Of a stretch of 64,000 nt of DNA, positions 1 to 16,560 are shown one piece after another (the stretch's first letter is position 1; each line of letters opens with the position of its first letter). A program made the position numbers and the translations under genes. The notes beneath the pieces were generated by a model, which saw nothing but the letters and a program-made list of their open reading frames with translations, made no database searches and had not been told where the DNA came from. The DNA comes from Eledone cirrhosa (Eukaryota). The stretch covers positions 1,054,001 to 1,118,000 of the forward strand of contig OZ024759.1 in assembly GCA_964016885.1 (NCBI GenBank), read 5' to 3'.

Positions 1-3000
1 ATTAGTAACATGACAGTCTATATTAGTAACATGACAAAATCTATATTAGTAACATGACAGTCTATATTAGTAACATGACAAAGTCTATATTAGTAACATG
101 ACAGTCTATATCGTACCATGACACAGTCTATATTAGTAACATGACATAGTCTATATTAGTAACATGACAAAGTCTATATTAGTAACATGACAGTCTATAT
201 TGTAACATGACACAGTCTATATTAGTAACATGACACAGTCTATATTAGTAACATGACAGTCTATATTAGTAACATGACACAGTCTATATTAGTAACATGA
301 CACAGTCTATATTAGTAACATGACAGTCTATATTAGTAGCATGGCAATGTCTATATTAGTAACATGACACAGTCTATATTAGTAACAAGACATAGTCTAT
401 ATTAGTAACATAACATAGTCTATATTAGTAGCATGACAAAGTCTATATTAGTAACATGACAAAGTCTATATTAGTAACATGACACAGTCTATCTTAGTAA
501 CATGACAAAGTCTATATTAGTAACATGACACAGTCTATATTAGTAACATGACAAAGTATATATTAGTAGCATGACAAAGTCTATATTAGTAACATGACAC
601 AGTCTATATTAGTAACATGACAAAGTCTATATTAGTAACATGACAAAGTCTATATTAGTAACATGACAAAGTCTATATTAGTAACATGACTAAGTCTATA
701 TTAGTAACATGACACAGTCTATATTAGTAACATGACAGTCTATATTAGTAGCATGACAAAGTCTATATTAGTAACATGACAAAGTCTATATTAGTAACAT
801 GACACAGTCTATATTAGTAACATGACACAGTCTATATTAGTAACATGACAGTCTATATTAGTAACATGACAAAGTCTATATTAGTAACATGGCAAAGTCT
901 ATGTTAGTAACATGACAAAGTCTATATTAGTAACATGACAGTCTATATTAGTAACATGACACATTCTATATTAGTAACATGACAAAGTCTATATTAGTAG
1001 CATGACAAAGTCAAAAATTAGTAACATGACAGTCTATATTAGTAACATGCCAAAGTCTATATTAGTTACATGACAAAGTCTATATTAGTAACATGACAAA
1101 GTCTATATTAGTAACATGACACAGTCTATATTAGTAACATGACACAGTCTATATTAGTAACATGACAAAGTCTATATTAGTAGCATGACCAAGTCTATAT
1201 TAGTAACATGACAAAGTCTATATTAGTAACATGACACAGTCTATATTAGTAACATGACAAAGTCTATATTAGTAACATGACGGTCTATATTAGTAACATG
1301 ACAGTCTATATTAGTAGCATGACAAAGTCTATATTAGTAACATGACACAGTCTATATTAGTAACATGACACAGTCTATATTAGTAACATGACACAGTCTA
1401 TATTAGTAACATGACAAAGTCTATATTAGTAGCATGGCAAAGTCTATATTAGTAACATGACACAGTCTATATCAGTAACATGACACAGTCTATATTAGTA
1501 ACATGACATAGTCTATATTAGTAACATGACAAAGTCTATATTAGTAGCATGACACAGTCTAAATTAGTAACATGACACAGTCTATATTAGTAACATGACA
1601 GTCTATATTAGTAACATGACACAGTCTATATTAGTAACATGACAAAGTCTATATTAGTAGTATGACAAAGTCTATATTAGTAACATGACAGTCTATATTA
1701 GTAACATGACAAAGTCTATATTAGTAGCATGACAAAGTCTATATTAGTAGCATGACACAGTCTATATTAGTAACATGACACAGTCTATATTAGTAACATG
1801 ACACAGTCTATATTAGTAACATGACAAAGTCTATATTAGTAGCATGACAAAGTCTATATTAGTAACATGACAAAGTCTATATTAGTAACATGACACAGTC
1901 TATATTAGTAACATGACAAAGTCTATATTAGTAACATGACAGTCTATATTAGTAACATGACACAGTCTATATTAGTAACATGACAAAGTCTATATTAGTA
2001 ACATGACACAGTCTATATTAGTAACATGACACAGTCTATATTAGTAACATGACACAGTTTATATTAGTAACATGACAAAGTCTATATTAGTAACATGACA
2101 AAGTCTATATTAGTAACATGGCAGTCTATATTAGTAACATGACAAAGTCTATATTAGTAACATGACAAAGACTCTATTAGTAACATGACAAAGTCTATAT
2201 TAGTAACATGACAGTCTATATTAGTAACATGACAAAATCTATATTAGTAACATGACAGTCTATATTAGTAACATGACAAAGTCTATATTAGGAACATGAC
2301 AGTCTATATCGTACCATGACACAGTCTATATTAGTAACATGACATAGTCTATATTAGTAACATGACAAAGTCTATATTAGTAACATGACAGTCTATATTG
2401 TAACATGACACAGTCTATATTAGTAACATGACACAGTCTATATTAGTAACATGACAGTCTATATTAGTAACATGACACAGTCTATATTAGTAACATGACA
2501 CAGTCTATATTAGTAACATGACAGTCTATATTAGTAGCATGGCAATGTCTATATTAGTAACATGACACAGTCTATATTAGTAACAAGACATAGTCTATAT
2601 TAGTAACATGACATAGTCTATATTAGTAGCATGACAAAGTCTATATTAGTAACATGACAAAGTATATATTAGTAACATGACACAGTCTATCTTAGTAACA
2701 TGACAAAGTCTATATTAGTAACATGACACAGTCTATATTAGTAACATGACAAAGTCTATATTAGTAGCATGACAAAGTCTATATTAGTAACATGACACAG
2801 TCTATATTAGTAACATGACAAAGTCTATATTAGTAACATGACAAAGTCTATATTAGTAACATGACAAAGTCTATATTAGTAACATGACTAAGTCTATATT
2901 AGTAACATGACACAGTCTATATTAGTAACATGACAGTCTATATTAGTAGCATGACAAAGTCTATATTAGTAACATGACAAAGTCTATATTAGTAACATGA

Positions 3001-3250
3001 CACAGTCTATATTAGTAACATGACACAGTCTATATTAGTAACATGACAGTCTATATTAGTAACATGACAAAGTCTATATTAGTAACATGGCAAAGTCTAT
3101 GTTAGTAACATGACAAAGTCTATATTAGTAACATGACAGTCTATATTAGTAACATGACACATTCTATATTAGTAACATGACAAAGTCTATATTAGTAGCA
3201 TGACAAAGACTATATTAGTAACATGACAGTCTATATTAGTAACATGCCAA
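1..3250. repeat. Higher-order duplication, offset 2198 bp (about 1-1050 repeated at about 2200-3250)
   Basis: TCGTACC at 111/2309, GGCAATG at 343/2541 and ACATTC at 961/3159 all lie 2198 bp apart. Confidence 0.9.
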
Positions 3251-6200
3251 AGTCTATATTAGTAGCATGACACAGTCTATATTAGTAACATGACACAGTC
3301 TATATTAGTAACATGACACAGTCTATATTAGGAGCATGACAAAGTCTATATTAGTAACATGACAAAGTCTATATTAGTAACATGACACAGTCTATATTAG
3401 TAACATGACAAAGTCTATATTAGTAACATGACAAAGTCTATATTAGTAACATGACACAGTGTATATTAGTAATATGACACAGTCTATATTAGTAACATGA
3501 CAAAGTCTATATTAGTAACATGACAAAGTCTATATTAGTATCATGACACAGTCTATATTAGTAACATGACACAGTCTATATTAGTAACATGACACAGTCT
3601 ATATTAGTAACATGACAAAGTCTATATTAGTAACATGGCAAAGTCTATATTAGTAACATGACAAAGTCTATATTAGTAACATGACAAGGTCTATATTAGT
3701 AACATGACACAGTCTATATTAGTAACATGACAAAGTCTATATTAGTAACATGACAGTCTATATTAGTAACATGCCAAAGTCTATATTAGTAGCATGACAA
3801 AGTCTATATTAGTAGCATGACACAGTCTATATTAGTAACATGACATAGTCTATATTAGTAACATGACACAGTCTATATTAGTAGCATGACAAAGTCTATA
3901 TTAGTAACATGACAAAGTCTAAATTAGTAACATGAGAAAGTCTATATTAGTAACATGACACAGTCTATATTAGTAACATGACAAAGTCTATATTAGTAAC
4001 ATGACACAGTCTATATTAGTAACATGACACAGTCTATATTAGTAACATGACAAAGTCTATATTAGTAGCATGACAAAGTCTATATTAGTAACATGACAAA
4101 GTCTATATTAGTAACATGACACAGTCTATATTAGTAACATGACAAAGTCTATATTAGTAACATGACGGTCAATATTAGTAACATGACAGTCTATATTAGT
4201 AGCATGACAAAGTCTATATTAGTAACATGACACAGTCTATATTAGTAACATGACACAGTCTATATTAGTAACATGACAAAGTCTATATTAGTAGCATGAC
4301 AAAGTCTATATTAGTAACATGACACAGTCTATATTAGTAACATGACAAAGTCTATATTAGTAGCATGACAAAGTCTATATTAGTAACATGACAAAGTCTA
4401 TATTAGTAACATGACACAGTCTATATTAGTAACATGACAGTCTATATTAGTAACATGACAGTCCATATTAGTAGCATGACAAAGTCTATATTAGTAACAT
4501 GACAAAGTCTATATTAGTAACATGACACAGTCTATATTAGTAACATGACACAGTCTATATTAGTAACATCATATAGTCTATATTAGTAACATGACAAAGT
4601 CTATATTAGTAACATGGCAAAGTCTATATTAGTAACATGACAAAGTCTATATTAGTAACATGACAAGGCCTATATTAGTAACATGACACAGTCTATATTA
4701 GTAACATGACAAAGTCTATATTAGTAACATGACAGTCTATATTAGTAACATGACAAAGTCTATATTAGTAACATGACAGAGTCTATATTAGTAACATGAC
4801 AGTCTATATTAGTAACATGACAAAGTCTATATTAGTAACATGACACAGTCTATATTAGTAACATGACACAGTCTATATTAGTAACATGACACAGTTTATA
4901 TTAGTAACATGACAAAGTCTATATTAGTAACATGACAAAGTCTATATTAGTAACATGGCAGTCTATATTAGTTACATGACAAAGTCTATATTAGTTACAT
5001 GACACAGTCTATATTAGTAACATGACAAAGACTCTATTAGTAACATGACAAAGTCTATATTAGTAACATGACAGTCTATATTAGTAACATGACAAAATCT
5101 ATATTAGTAACATGACAGTCTATATTAGTAACATGACAAAGTCTATATTAGTAACATGACAGTCTATATTGTACCATGACACAGTCTATATTAGTAACAT
5201 GACATAGTCTATATTAGTAACATGACAAAGTCTATATTAGTAACATGACAGTCTATATTGTAACATGACACAGTCTATATTAGTAACATGACACAGTCTA
5301 TATTAGTAACATGACAGTCTATATTAGTAACATGACAAAGTCTATATTAGTAACATGACAAAGTCTATATTAGTAACATGACAAAGTATATATTAGTAGC
5401 ATGACACAGTCTATATTAGTAACATGACAAAGTCTATATTAGTAACATGACACAGTCTATATTAGTAACATGACAAAGTCTATATTAGTAACATGACACA
5501 GTCTATATTAGTAACATGACATAGTCTATATTAGTAACATGACAAAGTCTATATTAGTAGCATGACACAGTCTAAATTAGTAACATGACACAGTCTATAT
5601 TAGTAACATGACAGTCTATATTAGTAACATGACACAGTCTATATTAGTAACATGACAAAGTCTATATTAGTAGTATGACAAAGACTATATTAGTAACATG
5701 ACAGTCTATATTAGTAACATGACAAAGTCTATATTAGTAGCATGACAAAGTCTATATTAGTAGCATGACACAGTCTATATTAGTAACATGACACAGTCTA
5801 TATTAGTAACATGACACAGTCTATATTAGTAACATGACAAAGTCTATATTAGTAGCATGACAAAGTCTATATTAGTAACATGACAAAGTCTATATTAGTA
5901 ACATGACACAGTCTATATTAGTAACATGACAAAGTCTATATTAGTAACATGACAAAGTCTATATTAGTAACATGACAGTCTATATTAGTAACATGACAAA
6001 GTCTATATTAGTAACATGACAAAGTCTCTATTAGTAACATGACAAAGTCTATATTAGTAACATGACAGTCTATATTAGTAACATGACAAAGTCTCTATTA
6101 GTAACATGACAAAGTCTATATTAGTAACATGACAGTCTATATTAGTAACATGACAAAGTCTATATTAGTAACATGACAGTCTATATTGTAACATGACACA

Positions 6201-9200
6201 GTCTATATTAGTAACATGACAGTCTATATTGTAACATGACACAGTCTATATTAGTAACATGACACAGTCTATATTAGTAACATGACAGTCTATATTAGTA
6301 ACATGACAAAGTCTATATTAGTAACATGACAAAGTCTATATTAGTAACATGACAAAGTCTATATTAGTAACATGACAAAGTCTATATTAGTAACATGACA
6401 GTCTATATTGTAACATGACACAGTCTCTATTAGTAACATGACACAGTCTATATTAGTAACATGACAGTCTATATTAGTAACATGACAAAGTCTATATTAG
6501 TAACATGACGGTCTATATTAGTAACATGACAGTCTATATTAGTAGCATGACAAAGTCTATATTAGTAACATGACACAGTCTATATTAGTAACATGACACA
6601 GTCTATATTAGTAACATGACACAGTCTATATTAGTAACATGACAAAGTCTATATTAGTAGCATGACAAAGTCTATATTAGTAACATGACACAGTCTATAT
6701 TAGTAACATGACACAGTCTATATTAGTAACATGACACAGTCTATATTAGTAACATGACAAAGTCTATATTAGTAGTATGACAAAGTCTATATTAGTAACA
6801 TGACAGTCTATATTAGTAACATGACAAAGTCTATATTAGTAGCATGACAAAGTCTATATTAGTAGCATGACACAGTCTATATTAGTAACATGACACAGTC
6901 TATATTAGTAACATGACACAGTCTATATTAGTAACATGACAAAGTCTATATTAGTAGCATGACAAAGTCTATATTAGTAACATGACAAAGTCTATATTAG
7001 TAACATGACACAGTCTATATTAGTAACATGACAAAGTCTATATTAGTAACATGACAGTCTATATTAGTAACATGACACAGTCTATATTAGTAACATGACA
7101 AAGTCTATATTAGTAGCATGACAAAGTCTATATTAGTAACATGACAAAGTCTATATTAGTAACATGACACAGTCTATATTAGTAACATGACAAAGTCTAT
7201 ATTAGTAACATGACAGTCTATATTAGTAACATGACAAAGTCTATATTAGTAACATGACAAAGTCTATATTAGTAACATGACAGTCTATATTAGTAACATG
7301 ACAAAGTCTATATTAGTAACATGACACAGTCTATATTAGTAACATGACACAGTCTATATTAGTAACATGACACAGTTTATATTAGTAACATGACAAAGTC
7401 TATATTAGTAACATGACAAAGTCTATATTAGTAACATGGCAGTCTATATTAGTTACATGACAGTCCATATTAGTAGCATGACAAAGTCTATATTAGTAAC
7501 ATGACAAAGTCTATATTAGTAACATGACACAGTCTATATTAGTAACATGACACAGTCTATATTAGTAACATCATACAGTCTATATTAGTAACATGACAAA
7601 GTCTATATTAGTAACATGGCAAAGTCTATATTAGTAACATGACAAAGTCTATATTAGTAACATGACAAGGCCTATATTAGTAACATGACACAGTCTATAT
7701 TAGTAACATGACAAAGTCTATATTAGTAACATGACAGTCTATATTAGTAACATGACAAAGTCTATATTAGTAACATGACAAAGTCTATATTAGTAACATG
7801 ACAGTCTATATTAGTAACATGACAAAGTCTATATTAGTAACATGACACAGTCTATATTAGTAACATGACACAGTCTATATTAGTAACATGACACAGTTTA
7901 TATTAGTAACATGACAAAGTCTATATTAGTAACATGACAAAGTCTATATTAGTAACATGGCAGTCTATATTAGTTACATGACAAAGTCTATATTAGTAAC
8001 ATGACACAGTCTATATTAGTAACATGACAAAGACTCTATTAGTAACATGACAAAGTCTATATTAGTAACATGACAAAGTCTATATTAGTAACATGACAGT
8101 CTATATTAGTAACATGACAAAGTCTATATTAGTAACATGACACAGTCTATATTAGTAACATGACAGTCTATATTAGTAGCATGACAAAGTCTATATTAGT
8201 AACATGACAAAGTCTATATTAGTAACATGACACAGTCTATATTAGTAACATGACACAGTCTATATTAGTAACATGACAGTCTATATTAGTAACATGACAA
8301 AGTCTATATTAGTAACATGGCAAAGTCTATGTTAGTAACATGACAAAGTCTATATTAGTAACATGACAGTCTATATTAGTAACATGACACATTCTATATT
8401 AGTAACATGACAAAGTCTATATTAGTAGCATGACAAAGACTATATTAGTAACATGACAGTCTATATTAGTAACATGCCAAAGTCTATATTAGTAGCATGA
8501 CAAAGTCTATATTAGTAGCATGACACAGTCTATATTAGTAACATGACACAGTCTATATTAGTAACATGACACAGTCTATATTAGGAGCATGACAAAGTCT
8601 ATATTAGTAACATGACAAAGTCTATATTAGTAACATGACACAGTCTATATTAGTAACATGACAAAGTCTATATTAGTAACATGACAAAGTCTATATTAGT
8701 AACATGACACAGTGTATATTAGTAATATGACACAGTCTATATTAGTAACATGACAAAGTCTATATTAGTAACATGACAAAGTCTATATTAGTATCATGAC
8801 ACAGTCTATATTAGTAACATGACACAGTCTATATTAGTAACATGACACAGTCTATATTAGTAACATGACAAAGTCTATATTAGTAACATGGCAAAGTCTA
8901 TATTAGTAACATGACAAAGTCTATATTAGTAACATGACAAGGTCTATATTAGTAACATGACACAGTCTATATTAGTAACATGACAAAGTCTATATTAGTA
9001 ACATGACAGTCTATATTAGTAACATGCCAAAGTCTATATTAGTAGCATGACAAAGTCTATATTAGTAGCATGACACAGTCTATATTAGTAACATGACATA
9101 GTCTATATTAGTAACATGACACAGTCTATATTAGTAGCATGACAAAGTCTATATTAGTAACATGACAAAGTCTATATTAGTAACATGAGAAAGTCTATAT

Positions 9201-12200
9201 TAGTAACATGACACAGTCTATATTAGTAACATGACAAAGTCTATATTAGTAACATGACACAGTCTATATTAGTAACATGACACAGTCTATATTAGTAACA
9301 TGACAAAGTCTATATTAGTAGCATGACAAAGTCTATATTAGTAACATGACAAAGTCTATATTAGTAACATGACACAGTCTATATTAGTAACATGACAAAG
9401 TCTATATTAGTAACATGACGGTCAATATTAGTAACATGACAGTCTATATTAGTAGCATGACAAAGTCTATATTAGTAACATGACACAGTCTATATTAGTA
9501 ACATGACACAGTCTATATTAGTAACATGACAAAGTCTATATTAGTAGCATGACAAAGTCTATATTAGTAACATGACACAGTCTATATTAGTAACATGACA
9601 AAGTCTATATTAGTAGCATGACAAAGTCTATATTAGTAACATGACAAAGTCTATATTAGTAAAATGACACAGTCTATATTAGTAACATGACAGTCTATAT
9701 TAGTAACATGACAGTCCATATTAGTAGCATGACAAAGTCTATATTAGTAACATGACAAAGTCTATATTAGTAACATGACACAGTCTATATTAGTAACATG
9801 ACACAGTCTATATTAGTAACATCATATAGTCTATATTAGTAACATGACAAAGTCTATATTAGTAACATGGCAAAGTCTATATTAGTAACATGACAAAGTC
9901 TATATTAGTAACATGACAAGGCCTATATTAGTAACATGACACAGTCTATATTAGTAACATGACAAAGTCTATATTAGTAACATGACAGTCTATATTAGTA
10001 ACATGACAAAGTCTATATTAGTAACATGACAGAGTCTATATTAGTAACATGACAGTCTATATTAGTAACATGACAAAGTCTATATTAGTAACATGACACA
10101 GTCTATATTAGTAACATGACACAGTCTATATTAGTAACATGACACAGTTTATATTAGTAACATGACAAAGTCTATATTAGTAACATGACAAAGTCTATAT
10201 TAGTAACATGGCAGACTATATTAGTTACATGACAAAGTCTATATTAGTAACATGACACAGTCTATATTAGTAACATGACAAAGACTCTATTAGTAACATG
10301 ACAAAGTCTATATTAGTAACATGACAGTCTATATTAGTAACATGACAAAATCTATATTAGTAACATGACAGTCTATATTAGTAACATGACAAAGTCTATA
10401 TTAGTAACATGACAGTCTATATTGTACCATGACACAGTCTATATTAGTAACATGACATAGTCTATATTAGTAACATGACAAAGTCTATATTAGTAACATG
10501 ACAGTCTATATTGTAACATGACACAGTCTATATTAGTAACATGACACAGTCTATATTAGTAACATGACAGTCTATATTAGTAACATGACAAAGTCTATAT
10601 TAGTAACATGACAAAGTCTATATTAGTAACATGACAAAGTATATATTAGTAGCATGACACGTCTATATTAGTAACATGACAAAGTCTATATTAGTAACAT
10701 GACACAGTCTATATTAGTAACATGACAAAGTCTATATTAGTAACATGACACAGTCTATATTAGTAACATGACATAGTCTATATTAGTAACATGACAAAGT
10801 CTATATTAGTAGCATGACACAGTCTAAATTAGTAACATGACACAGTCTATATTAGTAACATGACAGTCTATATTAGTAACATGACACAGTCTATATTAGT
10901 AACATGACAAAGTCTATATTAGTAGTATGACAAAGACTATATTAGTAACATGACAGTCTATATTAGTAACATGACAAAGTCTATATTAGTAGCATGACAA
11001 AGTCTATATTAGTAGCATGACACAGTCTATATTAGTAACATGACACAGTCTATATTAGTAACATGACACAGTCTATATTAGTAACATGACAAAGTCTATA
11101 TTAGTAGCATGACAAAGTCTATATTAGTAACATGACAAAGTCTATATTAGTAACATGACACAGTCTATATTAGTAACATGACAAAGTCTATATTAGTAAC
11201 ATGACAAAGTCTATATTAGTAACATGACAGTCTATATTAGTAACATGACAAAGTCTATATTAGTAACATGACAAAGTCTCTATTAGTAACATGACAAAGT
11301 CTATATTAGTAACATGACAGTCTATATTAGTAACATGACAAAGTCTCTATTAGTAACATGACAAAGTCTATATTAGTAACATGACAGTCTATATTAGTAA
11401 CATGACAAAGTCTATATTAGTAACATGACAGTCTATATTGTAACATGACACAGTCTATATTAGTAACATGACAGTCTATATTGTAACATGACACAGTCTA
11501 TATTAGTAACATGACACAGTCTATATTAGTAACATGACAGTCTATATTAGTAACATGACAAAGTCTATATTAGTAACATGACAAAGTCTATATTAGTAAC
11601 ATGACAAAGTCTATATTAGTAACATGACAAAGTCTATATTAGTAACATGACAGTCTATATTGTAACATGACACAGTCTCTATTAGTAACATGACACAGTC
11701 TATATTAGTAACATGACAGTCTATATTAGTAACATGACAAAGTCTATATTAGTAACATGACGGTCTATATTAGTAACATGACAGTCTATATTAGTAGCAT
11801 GACAAAGTCTATATTAGTAACATGACACAGTCTATATTAGTAACATGACACAGTCTATATTAGTAACATGACACAGTCTATATTAGTAACATGACAAAGT
11901 CTATATTAGTAGCATGACAAAGTCTATATTAGTAACATGACACAGTCTATATTAGTAACATGACACAGTCTATATTAGTAACATGACACAGTCTATATTA
12001 GTAACATGACAAAGTCTATATTAGTAGTATGACAAAGTCTATATTAGTAACATGACAGTCTATATTAGTAACATGACAAAGTCTATATTAGTAGCATGAC
12101 AAAGTCTATATTAGTAGCATGACACAGTCTATATTAGTAACATGACACAGTCTATATTAGTAACATGACACAGTCTATATTAGTAACATGACAAAGTCTA

Positions 12201-13050
12201 TATTAGTAGCATGACAAAGTCTATATTAGTAACATGACAAAGTCTATATTAGTAACATGACACAGTCTATATTAGTAACATGACAAAGTCTATATTAGTA
12301 ACATGACAGTCTATATTAGTAACATGACACAGTCTATATTAGTAACATGACAAAGTCTATATTAGTAGCATGACAAAGTCTATATTAGTAACATGACAAA
12401 GTCTATATTAGTAACATGACACAGTCTATATTAGTAACATGACAAAGTCTATATTAGTAACATGACAGTCTATATTAGTAACATGACAAAGTCTATATTA
12501 GTAACATGACAAAGTCTATATTAGTAACATGACAGTCTATATTAGAAACATGACAAAGTCTATATTAGTAACATGACACAGTCTATATTAGTAACATGAC
12601 ACAGTCTATATTAGTAACATGACACAGTTTATATTAGTAACATGACAAAGTCTATATTAGTAACATGACAAAGTCTATATTAGTAACATGGCAGTCTATA
12701 TTAGTTACATGACAGTCCATATTAGTAGCATGACAAAGTCTATATTAGTAACATGACAAAGTCTATATTAGTAACATGACACAGTCTATATTAGTAACAT
12801 GACACAGTCTATATTAGTAACATCATACAGTCTATATTAGTAACATGACAAAGTCTATATTAGTAACATGGCAAAGTCTATATTAGTAACATGACAAAGT
12901 CTATATTAGTAACATGACAAGGCCTATATTAGTAACATGACACAGTCTATATTAGTAACATGACAAAGTCTATATTAGTAACATGACAGTCTATATTAGT
13001 AACATGACAAAGTCTATATTAGTAACATGACACAGTCTATATTAGTAACA
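2900..13050. repeat. Tandem higher-order duplication, period ~5.25 kb
   Basis: GGAGC at 3331/8584, GTCAAT at 4168/9421 and CATCATAT at 4567/9820 are offset by 5253. TCATAC at 7571/12823 is offset by 5252, after a 1-bp deletion near 10660. Confidence 0.9.
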
Positions 13051-13789
13051 TGACACAGTCTATATTAGTAACATGACACAGTCTATATTAGTAACATGAC
13101 AAAGTCTATATTAGTAACATGACAGTCTATATTAGTAACATGACAAAGTCTATATTAGTAACATGACAGTCTATATTAGTAACATGACAAAGTCTATATT
13201 AGTAACATGACACAGTCTATATTAGTAACATGACACAGTCTATATTAGTAACATGACACAGTTTATATTAGTAACATGACAAAGTCTATATTAGTAACAT
13301 GACAAAGTCTATATTAGTAACATGGCAGTCTATATTAGTTACATGACAAAGTCTATATTAGTAACATGACACAGTCTATATTAGTAACATGACAAAGACT
13401 CTATTAGTAACATGACAAAGTCTATATTAGTAACATGACAAAGTCTATATTAGTAACATGACAGTCTATATTAGTAACATGACAAAGTCTATATTAGTAA
13501 CATGACAAAGTCTATATTAGTAACATGACAGTCTATATTAGTAACATGACAAAGTCTATATTAGTAACATGACACAGTCTATATTAGTAACATGACACAG
13601 TCTATATTAGTAACATGACAGTTTATATTAGTAACATGACAAAGTCTATATTAGTAACATGACAAAGTCTATATTAGTAACATGGCAGTCTATATTAGTT
13701 ACATGACAGTCCATATTAGTAGCATGACAAAGTCTATATTAGTAACATGACAAAGTCTATATTAGTAACATGACACAGTCTATATTAGT

Positions 13790-14110
13790 AACATGACACA
13801 GTCTATATTAGTAACATCATACAGTCTATATTAGTAACATGACAAAGTCTATATTAGTAACATGGCAAAGTCTATATTAGTAACATGACAAAGTCTATAT
13901 TAGTAACATGACAAGGCCTATATTAGTAACATGACACAGTCTATATTAGTAACATGACACAGTCTATATTAGTAACATCATACAGTCTATATTAGTAACA
14001 TGACAAAGTCTATATTAGTAACATGGCAAAGTCTATATTAGTAACATGACAAAGTCTATATTAGTAACATGACAAGGCCTATATTAGTAACATGACACAG
14101 TCTATATTAG
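13790..14110. repeat. Short higher-order duplication of 161 bp (7 x 23-bp monomers)
   Basis: AAGGCC at 13913 and 14074, each preceded by CATCATAC and GGCAAAG monomers. Confidence 0.85.
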
Positions 14111-14249
14111 TAACATGACAAAGTCTATATTAGTAACATGACAGTCTATATTAGTAACATGACAAAGTCTATATTAGTAACATGACAAAGTCTATATTAG
14201 TAACATGACAGTCTATATTAGTAACATGACAAAGTCTATATTAGTAACA

Positions 14250-15320
14250 TGACACAGTCTATATTAGTAACATGACACAGTCTATATTAGTAACATGACA
14301 CAGTTTATATTAGTAACATGACAAAGTCTATATTAGTAACATGACAAAGTCTATATTAGTAACATGGCAGTCTATATTAGTTACATGACAAAGTCTATAT
14401 TAGTAACATGACACAGTCTATATTAGTAACATGACAAAGACTCTATTAGTAACATGACAAAGTCTATATTAGTAACATGACAGTCTATATTAGTAACATG
14501 ACAAAATCTATATTAGTAACATGACAGTCTATATTAGTAACATGACAAAGTCTATATTAGTAACATGACAGTCTATATTGTACAATGACACAGTCTATAT
14601 TAGTAACATGACATAGTCTATATTAGTAACATGACAAAGTCTATATTAGTAACATGACAGTCTATATTGTAACATGACACAGTCTATATTAGTAACATGA
14701 CACAGTCTATATTAGTAACATGACAGTCTATATTAGTAACATGACACAGTCTATATTAGTAACATGACAAAGTCTATATTAGTAGCATGACACAGTCTAT
14801 ATTAGTAACATGACACAGTCTATATTAGTAACATGACACAGTTTATATTAGTAACATGACAAAGTCTATATTAGTAACATGACAAAGTCTATATTAGTAA
14901 CATGGCAGTCTATATTAGTTACATGACAAAGTCTATATTAGTAACATGACACAGTCTATATTAGTAACATGACAAAGACTCTATTAGTAACATGACAAAG
15001 TCTATATTAGTAACATGACAGTCTATATTAGTAACATGACAAAATCTATATTAGTAACATGACAGTCTATATTAGTAACATGACAAAGTCTATATTAGTA
15101 ACATGACAGTCTATATTGTACCATGACACAGTCTATATTAGTAACATGACATAGTCTATATTAGTAACATGACAAAGTCTATATTAGTAACATGACAGTC
15201 TATATTGTAACATGACACAGTCTATATTAGTAACATGACACAGTCTATATTAGTAACATGACAGTCTATATTAGTAACATGACACAGTCTATATTAGTAA
15301 CATGACAAAGTCTATATTAG
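14250..15320. repeat. Tandem duplication, offset 538 bp
   Basis: AAAATC at 14503/15041; ATTGTAC(A/C)ATG near 14581/15119. Confidence 0.8.
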
Positions 15321-15619
15321 TAGCATGACAAAGTCTATATTAGTAACATGACAGTCTATATTAGTAGCATGACAAAGTCTATATTAGTAACATGACACAG
15401 TCTATATTAGTAACATGACACAGTCTATATTAGTAACATGACAAAGTCTATATTAGTAGCATGACAAAGTCTATATTAGTAACATGACACAGTCTATATT
15501 AGTAACATGACAAAGTCTATATTAGTAGCATGACAAAGTCTATATTAGTAACATGACAAAGTCTATATTAGTAACATGACACAGTCTATATTAGTAACAT
15601 GACAGTCTATATTAGTAAC

Positions 15620-16560
15620 ATGACAGTCCATATTAGTAGCATGACAAAGTCTATATTAGTAACATGACAAAGTCTATATTAGTAACATGACACAGTCTAT
15701 ATTAGTAACATGACACAGTCTATATTAGTAACATCATACAGTCTATATTAGTAACATGACAAAGTCTATATTAGTAACATGGCAAAGTCTATATTAGTAA
15801 CATGACAAAGTCTATATTAGTAACATGACAAGGCCTATATTAGTAACATGACACAGTCTATATTAGTAACATGACAAAGTCTATATTAGTAACATGACAG
15901 TCTATATTAGTAACATGACAAAGTCTATATTAGTAACATGACAAAGTCTATATTAGTAACATGACAGTCTATATTAGTAACATGACAAAGTCTATATTAG
16001 TAACATGACACAGTCTATATTAGTAACATGACACAGTCTATATTAGTAACATGACACAGTTTATATTAGTAACATGACAAAGTCTATATTAGTAACATGA
16101 CAAAGTCTATATTAGTAACATGGCAGTCTATATTAGTTACATGACAGTCCATATTAGTAGCATGACAAAGTCTATATTAGTAACATGACAAAGTCTATAT
16201 TAGTAACATGACACAGTCTATATTAGTAACATGACACAGTCTATATTAGTAACATCATACAGTCTATATTAGTAACATGACAAAGTCTATATTAGTAACA
16301 TGGCAAAGTCTATATTAGTAACATGACAAAGTCTATATTAGTAACATGACAAGGCCTATATTAGTAACATGACACAGTCTATATTAGTAACATGACAAAG
16401 TCTATATTAGTAACATGACAGTCTATATTAGTAACATGACAAAGTCTATATTAGTAACATGACAAAGTCTATATTAGTAACATGACAGTCTATATTAGTA
16501 ACATGACAAAGTCTATATTAGTAACATGACACAGTCTATATTAGTAACATGACACAGTCT
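15620..16560. repeat. Tandem duplication, offset 521 bp
   Basis: GTCCAT at 15626/16147; AAGGCC at 15830/16351. Confidence 0.8.

Noticed and set aside
1000-1070. Singleton variants such as TCAAAAATTA (~1011), and other one-off substitutions
   Set aside because: They are not shared with the duplicate copy and cannot be distinguished from sequencing or consensus error.
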